NCBI GenBank assembly: GCA_964057225.1
Contig: OZ059895.1
Coordinates: 7,068,001 to 7,132,000 of the forward strand
DNA: 64,000 nucleotides
Direction of reading: 5' to 3'
Origin: Auanema rhodensis
Taxonomy: Eukaryota > Animalia > Nematoda
The notes beneath the pieces were generated by a model, which saw only the letters and a list, made by a program, of their open reading frames with translations, was not told the DNA's origin and did no database searches. Made by a program: the position numbers and the translations under genes. Below, in pieces: positions 1 through 15,000 of this stretch (position 1 is its first letter; each line of letters opens with the position of its first letter).

Positions 1-3000
1 ATCTCAGTCTAGAGTTTTGAAATTTCTTCTGAACAGGAATACGGTGCACGTGCCATTTGCCTTGGGGTATTCATCTTCATCTTTGGTTTAATTACCCAAG
101 TTTGAGGTACTTTGATGATTCAACAAGGGTTACACCTGATGTTGAACTAAATTTTGGAAAGCTCACTATATGTGAGCAACATTGATATTTCATCTTTCTG
201 AAGATTCTGAAGCTTGTCTATCCCTTGACCGAAAATGTTCATTGTTCAGTCAATCACAGTCTAGAGTTTTGAATGTTCTTCTGAACAGGAATACGGTGCA
301 CGTGCCATTTGCCTTGGGGTATTCATCTTCATCTTCGGTTTAATTACCCAAGTTTGAGGTACTTTGATGATTCAACAAGGGTTACACCTGATGTTGAACT
401 AAGTTTTGGAAAGCTCACTATATGTAAGCAACATTGATATTTCATCTTTCTGAAGATTCTGAAGCTTGTCTATCCCTTGACCGAAAATGTTCATTGTTCA
501 GTCAATCACAGTCTAGAGTTTTGAATGTTCTTCTGAACAGGAATACGGTGCACGTGCCATTTGCTTTGGGGTATTCATCTTCATCTTCGGTTTAATTACC
601 CAAGTTTGAGGTACTTTGATGATTCAACAAGGGTTACACCTGATGTTGAACTAAATTTTGGAAAGCTGACTATATGTGAGCAACATTGATATTTCATCTT
701 TCTGAAGATTCTGAAGCTTGTCTATCTCTTGACCCAAAATGTTCATTGTTGAGACAATCTCAGTCTAGAGTTTTGAAATTTCTTCTGAACAGGAATACGG
801 TGCACGTGCCATTTGCCTTGGGGTATTCATCTTCATCTTCGGTTTAATTACCCAAGTTTGAGGTACTTTGATGATTCAACAAGGGTTACACCTGATGTTG
901 AACTAAATTTTGGAAAGCTCACTATATGTGAGCAACATTGATATTTCATCTTTCTGAAGATTCTGAAGCTTGTCTATCTCTTGACCCAAAATGTTCATTG
1001 TTGAGACAATCTCAGTCTAGAGTTTTGAAATTTCTTCTGAACAGGAATACGGTGCACGTGCCATTTGCCTTGGGGTATTCATCTTCATCTTCGGTTTAAT
1101 TACCCAAGTTTGAGGTACTTTGATGATTCAACAAGGGTTACACCTGATGTTGAACTAAATTTTGGAAAGCTCACTATATGTGAGCAACATTGATATTTCA
1201 TCTTTCTGAAGATTCTGAAGCTTGTCTATCCCTTGACCCAAAATGTTCATTGTTGAGACAATCTCAGTCTAGAGTTTTGAATGTTTTTCTGAACAGGAAT
1301 ACGGTGCACGTGCCATTTGCCTTGGGGTATTCATCTTCATCTTTGGTTTAATTACCCAAGTTTGAGGTACTTTGATGATTCAACAAGGGTTACACCTGAT
1401 GTTGAACTAAATTTTGGAAAGCTCACTCTATGTGAGCAACATTGATATTTCATCTTTCTGAAGATTCTGAAGCTTGACTATCTCTTGACCGAAAATGTTC
1501 ATTGTTCAGACAATCTCAGTCTAGAGTTTTGAATGTTCTTCTGAACAGGAATACGGTGCACGTGCCACTTGCCTTGGGTTATTCATCATCATATTTGGTT
1601 TAATTACCCAAGTTTGAGGTACTTTGATGATTCAACAAGGGTTACACCTGATGTTGAACTAAATTTTGGAAAGCTCACTATATGTGAGCAACATTGATAT
1701 TTCATCTTTCTGAAGATTCTGAAGCTTGTCTATCCCTTGACCCAAAATGTTCATTGTTGAGACAATCTCAGTCTAGAGTTTTGAATGTTCTTCTGAACAG
1801 GAATACGGTGCACGTGCCACTTGCCTTGGGTTATTCATCATCATATTTGGTTTAATTACCCAAGTTTGAGGTACTTTGATGATTCAACAAGGGTTACACC
1901 TGATGTTGAACTAAATTTTGGAAAGCTCACTCTATGTGAGCAACATTGATATTTCATCTTTCTGAAGATTCTGAAGCTTGTCTATCTCTTGACCGAAAAT
2001 GTTCATTGTTCAGACAATCTCAGTCTAGAGTTTTGAATGTTCTTCTGAACAGGAATACGGTGCACGTGCCACTTGCCTTGGGTTATTCATCATCATATTT
2101 GGTTTAATTACCCAAGTTTGAGGTACTTTGATGATTCAACAAGGGTTACACCTGATGTTGAACTAAATTTTGGAAAGCTCACTATATGTGAGCAACATTG
2201 ATATTTCATCTTTCTGAAGATTCTGAAGCTTGTCTATCTCTTGACCGAAAATGTTCATTGTTCAGACAATCTCAGTCTAGAGTTTTGAATGTTCTTCTGA
2301 ACAGGAATACGGTGCACGTGCCACTTGCCTTGGGTTATTCATCATCATATTTGGTTTAATTACCCAAGTTTGAGGTACTTTGATGATTCAACAAGGGTTA
2401 CACCTGATGTTGAACTAAATTTTGGAAAGCTCACTATATGTGAGCAACATTGATATTTCATCTTTCTGAAGATTCTGAAGCTTGTCTATCTCTTGACCGA
2501 AAATGTTCATTGTTCAGACAATCTCAGTCTAGAGTTTTGAATGTTTTTCTGAACAGGAATACGGTGCACGTGCCATTTGCCTTGGGGTATTCATCTTCAT
2601 CTTTGGTTTAATTACCCAAGTTTGAGGTACTTTGATGATTCAACAAGGGTTACACCTGATGTTGAACTAAATTTTGGAAAGCTCACTCTATGTGAGCAAC
2701 ATTGATATTTCATCTTTCTGAAGATTCTGAAGCTTGTCTATCTCTTGACCCAAAATGTTCATTGTTGAGACAATCTCAGTCTAGAGTTTTGAAATTTCTT
2801 CTGAACAGGAATACGGTGCACGTGCCATTTGCCTTGGGGTATTCATCTTCATCTTCGGTTTAATTACCCAAGTTTGAGGTACTTTGATGATTCAACAAGG
2901 GTTACACCTGATGTTGAACTAAATTTTGGAAAGCTCACTATATGTGAGCAACATTGATATTTCATCTTTCTGAAGATTCTGAAGCTTGTCTATCCCTTGA

Positions 3001-6000
3001 CCCAAAATGTTCATTGTTGAGACAATCTCAGTCTAGAGTTTTGAATGTTTTTCTGAACAGGAATACGGTGCACGTGCCATTTGCCTTGGGGTATTCATCT
3101 TCATCTTTGGTTTAATTACCCAAGTTTGAGGTACTTTGATGATTCAACAAGGGTTACACCTGATGTTGAACTAAATTTTGGAAAGCTCACTCTATGTGAG
3201 CAACATTGATATTTCATCTTTCTGAAGATTCTGAAGCTTGACTATCTCTTGACCGAAAATGTTCATTGTTCAGACAATCTCAGTCTAGAGTTTTGAATGT
3301 TCTTCTGAACAGGAATACGGTGCACGTGCCACTTGCCTTGGGTTATTCATCATCATATTTGGTTTAATTACCCAAGTTTGAGGTACTTTGATGATTCAAC
3401 AAGGGTTACACCTGATGTTGAACTAAATTTTGGAAAGCTCACTATATGTGAGCAACATTGATATTTCATCTTTCTGAAGATTCTGAAGCTTGTCTATCTC
3501 TTGACCGAAAATGTTCATTGTTCAGACAATCTCAGTCTAGAGTTTTGAATGTTCTTCTGAACAGGAATACGGTGCACGTGCCACTTGCCTTGGGTTATTC
3601 ATCATCATATTTGGTTTAATTACCCAAGTTTGAGGTACTTTGATGATTCAACAAGGGTTACACCTGATGTTGAACTAAATTTTGGAAAGCTCACTATATG
3701 TGAGCAACATTGATATTTCATCTTTCTGAAGATTCTGAAGCTTGTCTATCTCTTGACCGAAAATGTTCATTGTTCAGACAATCTCAGTCTAGAGTTTTGA
3801 ATGTTCTTCTGAACAGGAATACGGTGCACGTGCCACTTGCCTTGGGTTATTCATCATCATATTTGGTTTAATTACCCAAGTTTGAGGTACTTTGATGATT
3901 CAACAAGGGTTACACCTGATGTTGAACTAAATTTTGGAAAGCTCACTATATGTGAGCAACATTGATATTTCATCTTTCTGAAGATTCTGAAGCTTGTCTA
4001 TCTCTTGACCGAAAATGTTCATTGTTCAGACAATCTCAGTCTAGAGTTTTGAATGTTTTTCTGAACAGGAATACGGTGCACGTGCCATTTGCCTTGGGGT
4101 ATTCATCTTCATCTTTGGTTTAATTACCCAAGTTTGAGGTACTTTGATGATTCAACAAGGGTTACACCTGATGTTGAACTAAATTTTGGAAAGCTCACTC
4201 TATGTGAGCAACATTGATATTTCATCTTTCTGAAGATTCTGAAGCTTGTCTATCTCTTGACCGAAAATGTTCATTGTTCAGACAATCTCAGTCTAGAGTT
4301 TTGAATGTTCTTCTGAACAGGAATACGGTGCACGTGCCACTTGCCTTGGGTTATTCATCATCATATTTGGTTTAATTACCCAAGTTTGAGGTACTTTGAT
4401 GATTCAACAAGGGTTACACCTGATGTTGAACTAAATTTTGGAAAGCTCACTATATGTGAGCAACATTGATATTTCATCTTTCTGAAGATTCTGAAGCTTG
4501 TCTATCCCTTGACCGAAAATGTTCATTGTTCAGTCAATCACAGTCTAGAGTTTTGAATGTTCTTCTGAACAGGAATACGGTGCACGTGCCATTTGCCTTG
4601 GGGTATTCATCTTCATCTTTGGTTTAATTACCCAAGTTTGAGGTACTTTGATGATTCAACAAGGGTTACACCTGATGTTGAACTAAATTTTGGAAAGCTC
4701 ACTATATGTGAGCAACATTGATATTTCATCTTTCTGAAGATTCTGAAGCTTGTCTATCTCTTGACCCAAATTGTTCATTGTTCAGACAATCTCAGTCTAG
4801 AATTTTGAATGTTCTTCTGAACAGGAATACGGTGCACGTGCCATTTGCCTTGGGGTGTTCATCTTCATCTTTGGTTTAATTACCCAAGTTTGAGGTACTT
4901 TGATGATTCAACAAGGGTTACACCTGATGCTGAACTAAATTTTCGAAAGCTGACTATATGTGAGCAACATTGATATTTCATCTTTCTGAAGATTCTGAAG
5001 CTTGTCTATCTCTTGACCCAAAATGTTCATTGTTGAGACAATCTCAGTCTAGAGTTTTGAAATTTCTTCTGAACAGGAATACGGTGCACGTGCCATTTGC
5101 CTTGGGGTATTCATCTTCATCTTCGGTTTAATTACCCAAGTTTGAGGTATTTTGATGATTCAACAAGGGTTACACCTGATGTTGAACTAAATTTTGGAAA
5201 GCTCACTATATGTGAGCAACATTGATATTTCATCTTTCTGAAGATTCTGAAGCTTGTCTATCCCTTGACCGAAAATGTTCATTGTTCAGTCAATCACAGT
5301 CTAGAGTTTTGAATGTTCTTCTGAACAGGAATACGGTGCACGTGCCATTTGCCTTGGGGTATTCATCTTCATCTTTGGTTTAATTACCCAAGTTTGAGGT
5401 ACTTTGATGATTCAACAAGGGTTACACCTGATGTTGAACTAAATTTTGGAAAGCTCACTATATGTGAGCAACATTGATATTTCATCTTTCTGAAGATTCT
5501 GAAGCTTGTCTATCTCTTGACCGAAAATGTTCATTGTTCAGACAATCTCAGTCTAGAGTTTTGAATGTTCTTCTGAACAGGAATACGGTGCACTTGCCAT
5601 TTGCCTTGGGGTATTCATCTTCATCTTCGGTTTAATTACCCAAGTTTGAGGTACTTTGATGATTCAACAAGGGTTACATCTGATGTTGAACTAAATTTTG
5701 GAAAGCTCACTATATGTGAGCAACATTGATATTTCATCTTTCTGAAGATTCTGAAGCTTGTCTATCCCTTGACCGAAAATGTTCATTGTTCAGTCAATCA
5801 CAGTCTAGAGTTTTGAATGTTCTTCTGAACAGGAATACGGTGCACGTGCCATTTGCCTTGGGGTATTCATCTTCATCTTCGGTTTAATTACCCAAGTTTG
5901 AGGTACTTTGATGATTCAACAAGGGTTACACCTGATGTTGAACTAAATTTTGGAAAGCTCACTATATGTGAGCAACATTGATATTTCATCTTTCTGAAGA

Positions 6001-9000
6001 TTCTGAAGCTTGTCTATCTCTTGACCCAAATTGTTCATTGTTCAGACAATCTCAGTCTAGAATTTTGAATGTTCTTCTGAACAGGAATGCGGTGCACGTG
6101 CCATTTGCCTTGGGGTGTTCATCTTCATCTTTGGTTTAATTACCCAAGTTTGAGGTACTTTGATGATTCAACAAGGGTTACACCTGATGCTGAACTAAAT
6201 TTTCGAAAGCTGACTATATGTGAGCAACATTGATATTTCATCTTTCTGAAGATTCTGAAGCTTGTCTATCTCTTGACCCAAAATGTTCATTGTTGAGACA
6301 ATCTCAGTCTAGAGTTTTGAAATTTCTTCTGAACAGGAATACGGTGCACGTGCCATTTGCCTTGGGGTATTCATCTTCATCTTCGGTTTAATTACCCAAG
6401 TTTGAGGTATTTTGATGATTCAACAAGGGTTACACCTGATGTTGAACTAAATTTTGGAAAGCTCACTATATGTGAGCAACATTGATATTTCATCTTTCTG
6501 AAGATTCTGAAGCTTGTCTATCCCTTGACCGAAAATGTTCATTGTTCAGTCAATCACAGTCTAGAGTTTTGAATGTTCTTCTGAACAGGAATACGGTGCA
6601 CGTGCCATTTGCCTTGGGGTATTCATCTTCATCTTTGGTTTAATTACCCAAGTTTGAGGTACTTTGATGATTCAACAAGGGTTACACCTGATGTTGAACT
6701 AAATTTTGGAAAGCTCACTATATGTGAGCAACATTGATATTTCATCTTTCTGAAGATTCTGAAGCTTGTCTATCTCTTGACCCAAATTGTTCATTGTTCA
6801 GACAATCTCAGTCTAGAATTTTGAATGTTCTTCTGAACAGGAATACGGTGCACGTGCCATTTGCCTTGGGGTGTTCATCTTCATCTTTGGTTTAATTACC
6901 CAAGTTTGAGGTACTTTGATGATTCAACAAGGGTTACACCTGATGTTGAACTAAATTTTGGAAAGCTCACTATATGTGAGCAACATTGATATTTCATCTT
7001 TCTGAAGATTCTGAAGCTTGTCTATCTCTTGACCCAAATTGTTCATTGTTCAGACAATCTCAGTCTAGAATTTTGAATGTTCTTCTGAACAGGAATACGG
7101 TGCACGTGCCATTTGCCTTGGGGTGTTCATCTTCATCTTTGGTTTAATTACCCAAGTTTGAGGTACTTTGATGATTCAACAAGGGTTACACCTGATGCTG
7201 AACTAAATTTTCGAAAGCTCACTATATGTGAGCAACATTGATATTTCATCTTTCTGAAGATTCTGAAGCTTGTCTATCTCTTGACCCAAAATGTTCATTG
7301 TTGAAACAATCTCAGTCTAGAGTTTTGAAATTTCTTCTGAACAGGAATACGGTGCACGTGCCATTTGCCTTGGGGTATTCATCTTCATCTTCGGTTTAAT
7401 TACCCAAGTTTGAGGTATTTTGATGATTCAACAAGGGTTACACCTGATGTTGAACTAAATTTTGGAAAGCTCACTATATGTGAGCAACATTGATATTTCA
7501 TCTTTCTGAAGATTCTGAAGCTTGTCTATCCCTTGACCGAAAATGTTCATTGTTCAGTCAATCACAGTCTAGAGTTTTGAATGTTCTTCTGAACAGGAAT
7601 ACGGTGCACGTGCCATTTGCCTTGGGGTATTCATCTTCATCTTTGGTTTAATTACCCAAGTTTGAGGTACTTTGATGATTCAACAAGGGTTACACCTGAT
7701 GTTGAACTAAATTTTGGAAAGCTCACTATATGTGAGCAACATTGATATTTCATCTTTCTGAAGATTCTGAAGCTTGTCTATCTCTTGACCCAAATTGTTC
7801 ATTGTTCAGACAATCTCAGTCTAGAATTTTGAATGTTCTTCTGAACAGGAATACGGTGCACGTGCCATTTGCCTTGGGGTGTTCATCTTCATCTTTGGTT
7901 TAATTACCCAAGTTTGAGGTACTTTGATGATTCAACAAGGGTTACACCTGATGCTGAACTAAATTTTCGAAAGCTCACTATATGTGAGCAACATTGATAT
8001 TTCATCTTTCTGAAGATTCTGAAGCTTGTCTATCTCTTGACCCAAAATGTTCATTGTTGAAACAATCTCAGTCTAGAGTTTTGAAATTTCTTCTGAACAG
8101 GAATACGGTGCACGTGCCATTTGCCTTGGGGTATTCATCTTCATCTTCGGTTTAATTACCCAAGTTTGAGGTATTTTGATGATTCAACAAGGGTTACACC
8201 TGATGTTGAACTAAATTTTGGAAAGCTCACTATATGTGAGCAACATTGATATTTCATCTTTCTGAAGATTCTGAAGCTTGTCTATCCCTTGACCGAAAAT
8301 GTTCATTGTTCAGTCAATCACAGTCTAGAGTTTTGAATGTTCTTCTGAACAGGAATACGGTGCACGTGCCATTTGCCTTGGGGTATTCATCTTCATCTTT
8401 GGTTTAATTACCCAAGTTTGAGGTACTTTGATGATTCAACAAGGGTTACACCTGATGTTGAACTAAATTTTGGAAAGCTCACTATATGTGAGCAACATTG
8501 ATATTTCATCTTTCTGAAGATTCTGAAGCTTGTCTATCTCTTGACCGAAAATGTTCATTGTTCAGACAATCTCAGTCTAGAGTTTTGAATGTTCTTCTGA
8601 ACAGGAATACGGTGCACTTGCCATTTGCCTTGGGGTATTCATCTTCATCTTCGGTTTAATTACCCAAGTTTGAGGTACTTTGATGATTCAACAAGGGTTA
8701 CATCTGATGTTGAACTAAATTTTGGAAAGCTCACTATATGTGAGCAACATTGATATTTCATCTTTCTGAAGATTCTGAAGCTTGTCTATCCCTTGACCGA
8801 AAATGTTCATTGTTCAGTCAATCACAGTCTAGAGTTTTGAATGTTCTTCTGAACAGGAATACGGTGCACGTGCCATTTGCCTTGGGGTATTCATCTTCAT
8901 CTTCGGTTTAATTACCCAAGTTTGAGGTACTTTGATGATTCAACAAGGGTTACACCTGATGTTGAACTAAATTTTGGAAAGCTCACTATATGTGAGCAAC

Positions 9001-12000
9001 ATTGATATTTCATCTTTCTGAAGATTCTGAAGCTTGTCTATCTCTTGACCCAAATTGTTCATTGTTCAGACAATCTCAGTCTAGAATTTTGAATGTTCTT
9101 CTGAACAGGAATACGGTGCACGTGCCATTTGCCTTGGGGTGTTCATCTTCATCTTTGGTTTGATTACCCAAGTTTGAGGTACTTTGATGATTCAACAAGG
9201 GTTACACCTGATGTTGAACTAAATTTTGGAAAGCTCACTATATGTGAGCAACATTGATATTTCATCTTTCTGAAGATTCTGAAGCTTGTCTATCTCTTGA
9301 CCCAAATTGTTCATTGTTCAGACAATCTCAGTCTAGAATTTTGAATGTTCTTCTGAACAGGAATGCGGTGCACGTGCCATTTGCCTTGGGGTGTTCATCT
9401 TCATCTTTGGTTTAATTACCCAAGTTTGAGGTACTTTGATGATTCAACAAGGGTTACACCTGATGCTGAACTAAATTTTCGAAAGCTGACTATATGTGAG
9501 CAACATTGATATTTCATCTTTCTGAAGATTCTGAAGCTTGTCTATCTCTTGACCCAAAATGTTTATTGTTGAGACAATCTCAGTCTAGAGTTTTGAAATT
9601 TCTTCTGAACAGGAATACGGTGCACGTGCCATTTGCCTTGGGGTATTCATCTTCATCTTCGGTTTAATTACCCAAGTTTGAGGTATTTTGATGATTCAAC
9701 AAGGGTTACACCTGATGTTGAACTAAATTTTGGAAAGCTCACTATATGTGAGCAACATTGATATTTCATCTTTCTGAAGATTCTGAAGCTTGTCTATCCC
9801 TTGACCGAAAATGTTCATTGTTCAGTCAATCACAGTCTAGAGTTTTGAATGTTCTTCTGAACAGGAATACGGTGCACGTGCCATTTGCCTTGGGGTATTC
9901 ATCTTCATCTTTGGTTTAATTACCCAAGTTTGAGGTACTTTGATGATTCAACAAGGGTTACACCTGATGTTGAACTAAATTTTGGAAAGCTCACTATATG
10001 TGAGCAACATTGATATTTCATCTTTCTGAAGATTCTGAAGCTTGTCTATCTCTTGACCGAAAATGTTCATTGTTCAGACAATCTCAGTCTAGAGTTTTGA
10101 ATGTTCTTCTGAACAGGAATACGGTGCACTTGCCATTTGCCTTGGGGTATTCATCTTCATCTTCGGTTTAATTACCCAAGTTTGAGGTACTTTGATGATT
10201 CAACAAGGGTTACATCTGATGTTGAACTAAATTTTGGAAAGCTCACTATATGTGAGCAACATTGATATTTCATCTTTCTGAAGATTCTGAAGCTTGTCTA
10301 TCCCTTGACCGAAAATGTTCATTGTTCAGTCAATCACAGTCTAGAGTTTTGAATGTTCTTCTGAACAGGAATACGGTGCACGTGCCATTTGCCTTGGGGT
10401 ATTCATCTTCATCTTCGGTTTAATTACCCAAGTTTGAGGTACTTTGATGATTCAACAAGGGTTACACCTGATGTTGAACTAAATTTTGGAAAGCTGACTA
10501 TATGTGAGCAACATTGATATTTCATCTTTCTGAAGATTCTGAAGCTTGTCTATCTCTTGACCCAAAATGTTCATTGTTGAGACAATCTCAGTCTAGAGTT
10601 TTGAAATTTCTTCTGAACAGGAATACGGTGCACGTGCCATTTGCCTTGGGGTATTCATCTTCATCTTCGGTTTAATTACCCAAGTTTGAGGTACTTTGAT
10701 GATTCAACAAGGGTTACACCTGATGTTGAACTAAATTTTGGAAAGCTCACTATATGTGAGCAACATTGATATTTCATCTTTCTGAAGATTCTGAAGCTTG
10801 TCTATCCCTTGACCCAAAATGTTCATTGTTGAGACAATCTCAGTCTAGAGTTTTGAATGTTTTTCTGAACAGGAATACGGTGCACGTGCCATTTGCCTTG
10901 GGGTATTCATCTACATCTTTGGTTTAATTACCCAAGTTTGAGGTACTTTGATGATTCAACAAGGGTTACACCTGATGTTGAACTAAATTTTGGAAAGCTC
11001 ACTATATGTGAGCAACATTGATATTTCATCTTTCTGAAGATTCTGAAGCTTGTCTATCTCTTGACCCAAAATGTTCATTGTTCAGACAATCTCAGTCTAG
11101 AGTTTTGAAATTTCTTCTGAACAGGAATACGGTGCACGTGCCATTTGCCTTGGGGTATTCATCTACATCTTTGGTTTAATTACCCAAGTTTGAGGTACTT
11201 TGATGATTCAACAAGGGTTACACCTGATGTTGAACTAAATTTTGGAAAGCTCACTATATGTGAGCAACATTGATATTTCATCTTTCTGAAGATTCTGAAG
11301 CTTGTCTATCCCTTGACCCAAAATGTTCATTGTTGAGACAATCTCAGTCTAGAGTTTTGAATGTTTTTCTGAACAGGAATACGGTGCACGTGCCATTTGC
11401 CTTGGGGTATTCATCTACATCTTTGGTTTAATTACCCAAGTTTGAGGTACTTTGATGATTCAACAAGGGTTACACCTGATGTTGAACTAAATTTTGGAAA
11501 GCTGACTATATGTGAGCAACATTGATATTTCATCTTTCTGAAGATTCTGAAGCTTGTCTATCTCTTGACCCAAAATGTTCATTGTTGAGACAATCTCAGT
11601 CTAGAGTTTTGAAATTTCTTCTGAACAGGAATACGGTGCACGTGCCATTTGCCTTGGGGTATTCATCTTCATCTTCGGTTTAATTACCCAAGTTTGAGGT
11701 ACTTTGATGATTCAACAAGGGTTACACCTGATGTTGAACTAAATTTTGGAAAGCTCACTATATGTGAGCAACATTGATATTTCATCTTTCTGAAGATTCT
11801 GAAGCTTGTCTATCCCTTGACCCAAAATGTTCATTGTTGAGACAATCTCAGTCTAGAGTTTTGAATGTTTTTCTGAACAGGAATACGGTGCACGTGCCAT
11901 TTGCCTTGGGGTATTCATCTACATCTTTGGTTTAATTACCCAAGTTTGAGGTACTTTGATGATTCAACAAGGGTTACACCTGATGTTGAACTAAATTTTG

Positions 12001-15000
12001 GAAAGCTCACTATATGTGAGCAACATTGATATTTCATCTTTCTGAAGATTCTGAAGCTTGTCTATCTCTTGACCCAAAATGTTCATTGTTCAGACAATCT
12101 CAGTCTAGAGTTTTGAATGTTCTTCTGAACAGGAATACGGTGCACTTGCCATTTGCCTTGGGGTATTCATCTTCATCTTCGGTTTAATTACCCAAGTTTG
12201 AGGTACTTTGATGATTCAACAAGGGTTACATCTGATGTTGAACTAAATTTTGGAAAGCTCACTATATGTGAGCAACATTGATATTTCATCTTTCTGAAGA
12301 TTCTGAAGCTTGTCTATCCCTTGACCGAAAATGTTCATTGTTCAGTCAATCACAGTCTAGAGTTTTGAATGTTCTTCTGAACAGGAATACGGTGCACGTG
12401 CCATTTGCCTTGGGGTATTCATCTTCATCTTCGGTTTAATTACCCAAGTTTGAGGTACTTTGATGATTCAACAAGGGTTACACCTGATGTTGAACTAAAT
12501 TTTGGAAAGCTGACTATATGTGAGCAACATTGATATTTCATCTTTCTGAAGATTCTGAAGCTTGTCTATCCCTTGACCCAAAATGTTCATTGTTGAGACA
12601 ATCTCAGTCTAGAGTTTTGAAATTTCTTCTGAACAGGAATACGGTGCACGTGCCATTTGCCTTGGGGTATTCATCTTCATCTTCGGTTTAATTACCCAAG
12701 TTTGAGGTACTTTGATGATTCAACAAGGGTTACACCTGATGTTGAACTAAGTTTTGGAAAGCTCACTATATGTAAGCAACATTGATATTTCATCTTTCTG
12801 AAGATTCTGAAGCTTGTCTATCCCTTGACCGAAAATGTTCATTGTTCAGTCAATCACAGTCTAGAGTTTTCAATGTTCTTCTGAACAGGAATACGGTGCA
12901 CGTGCCATTTGCCTTGGGGTATTCATCTTCATCTTCGGTTTAATTACCCAAGTTTGAGGTACTTTGATGATTCAACAAGGGTTACACCTGATGTTGAACT
13001 AAGTTTTGGAAAGCTCACTATATGTAAGCAACATTGATATTTCATCTTTCTGAAGATTCTGAAGCTTGTCTATCTCTTGACCCAAAATGTTCATTGTTGA
13101 GACAATCTCAGTCTAGAGTTTTGAAATTTCTTCTGAACAGGAATACGGTGCACGTGCCATTTGCCTTGGGGTATTCATCTTCATCTTCGGTTTAATTACC
13201 CAAGTTTGAGGTACTTTGATGATTCAACAAGGGTTACACCTGATGTTGAACTAAGTTTTGGAAAGCTCACTATATGTAAGCAACATTGATATTTCATCTT
13301 TCTGAAGATTCTGAAGCTTGTCTATCCCTTGACCGAAAATGTTCATTGTTCAGTCAATCACAGTCTAGAGTTTTGAATGTTCTTCTGAACAGGAATACGG
13401 TGCACGTGCCATTTGCCTTGGGGTATTCATCTTCATCTTCGGTTTAATTACCCAAGTTTGAGGTACTTTGATGATTCAACAAGGGTTACACCTGATGTTG
13501 AACTAAGTTTTGGAAAGCTCACTATATGTAAGCAACATTGATATTTCATCTTTCTGAAGATTCTGAAGCTTGTCTATCTCTTGACCCAAAATGTTCATTG
13601 TTGAGACAATCTCAGTCTAGAGTTTTGAAATTTCTTCTGAACAGGAATACGGTGCACGTGCCATTTGCCTTGGGGTATTCATCTTCATCTTCGGTTTAAT
13701 TACCCAAGTTTGAGGTACTTTGATGATTCAACAAGGGTTACACCTGATGTTGAACTAAATTTTGGAAAGCTCACTATATGTGAGCAACATTGATATTTCA
13801 TCTTTCTGAAGATTCTGAAGCTTGTCTATCCCTTGACCCAAAATGTTCATTGTTGAGACAATCTCAGTCTAGAGTTTTGAAATTTCTTCTGAACAGGAAT
13901 ACGGTGCACGTGCCATTTGCCTTGGGGTATTCATCTTCATCTTTGGTTTAATTACCCAAGTTTGAGGTACTTTGATGATTCAACAAGGGTTACACCTGAT
14001 GTTGAACTAAATTTTGGAAAGCTGACTATATGTGAGCAACATTGATATTTCATCTTTCTGAAGATTCTGAAGCTTGTCTATCTCTTGACCCAAAATGTTC
14101 ATTGTTGAGACAATCTCAGTCTAGAGTTTTGAAATTTCTTCTGAACAGGAATACGGTGCACGTGCCATTTGCCTTGGGGTATTCATCTTCATCTTTGGTT
14201 TAATTACCCAAGTTTGAGGTACTTTGATGATTCAACAAGGGTTACACCTGATGTTGAACTAAATTTTGGAAAGCTCACTATATGTGAGCAACATTGATAT
14301 TTCATCTTTCTGAAGATTCTGAAGCTTGTCTATCCCTTGACCGAAAATGTTCATTGTTCAGTCAATCACAGTCTAGAGTTTTCAATGTTCTTCTGAACAG
14401 GAATACGGTGCACGTGCCATTTGCCTTGGGGTATTCATCTTCATCTTCGGTTTAATTACCCAAGTTTGAGGTACTTTGATGATTCAACAAGGGTTACACC
14501 TGATGTTGAACTAAGTTTTGGAAAGCTCACTATATGTAAGCAACATTGATATTTCATCTTTCTGAAGATTCTGAAGCTTGTCTATCTCTTGACCCAAAAT
14601 GTTCATTGTTGAGACAATCTCAGTCTAGAGTTTTGAAATTTCTTCTGAACAGGAATACGGTGCACGTGCCATTTGCCTTGGGGTATTCATCTTCATCTTC
14701 GGTTTAATTACCCAAGTTTGAGGTACTTTGATGATTCAACAAGGGTTACACCTGATGTTGAACTAAGTTTTGGAAAGCTCACTATATGTAAGCAACATTG
14801 ATATTTCATCTTTCTGAAGATTCTGAAGCTTGTCTATCCCTTGACCGAAAATGTTCATTGTTCAGTCAATCACAGTCTAGAGTTTTGAATGTTCTTCTGA
14901 ACAGGAATACGGTGCACGTGCCATTTGCCTTGGGGTATTCATCTTCATCTTCGGTTTAATTACCCAAGTTTGAGGTACTTTGATGATTCAACAAGGGTTA

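Noticed and set aside
198-250. Hammerhead ribozyme-like CTGAAGA..GAAA..stem in the monomer
   Set aside because: Stem II does not close, stem I has no partner, the cleavage-site base would be G, and GAAA is CAAA in many copies.
1-252. Monomer length divisible by 3, suggesting a tandem coding repeat or repeated exon
   Set aside because: Multiple stops in all six frames, and the splice combinations I tried gave no open frame.
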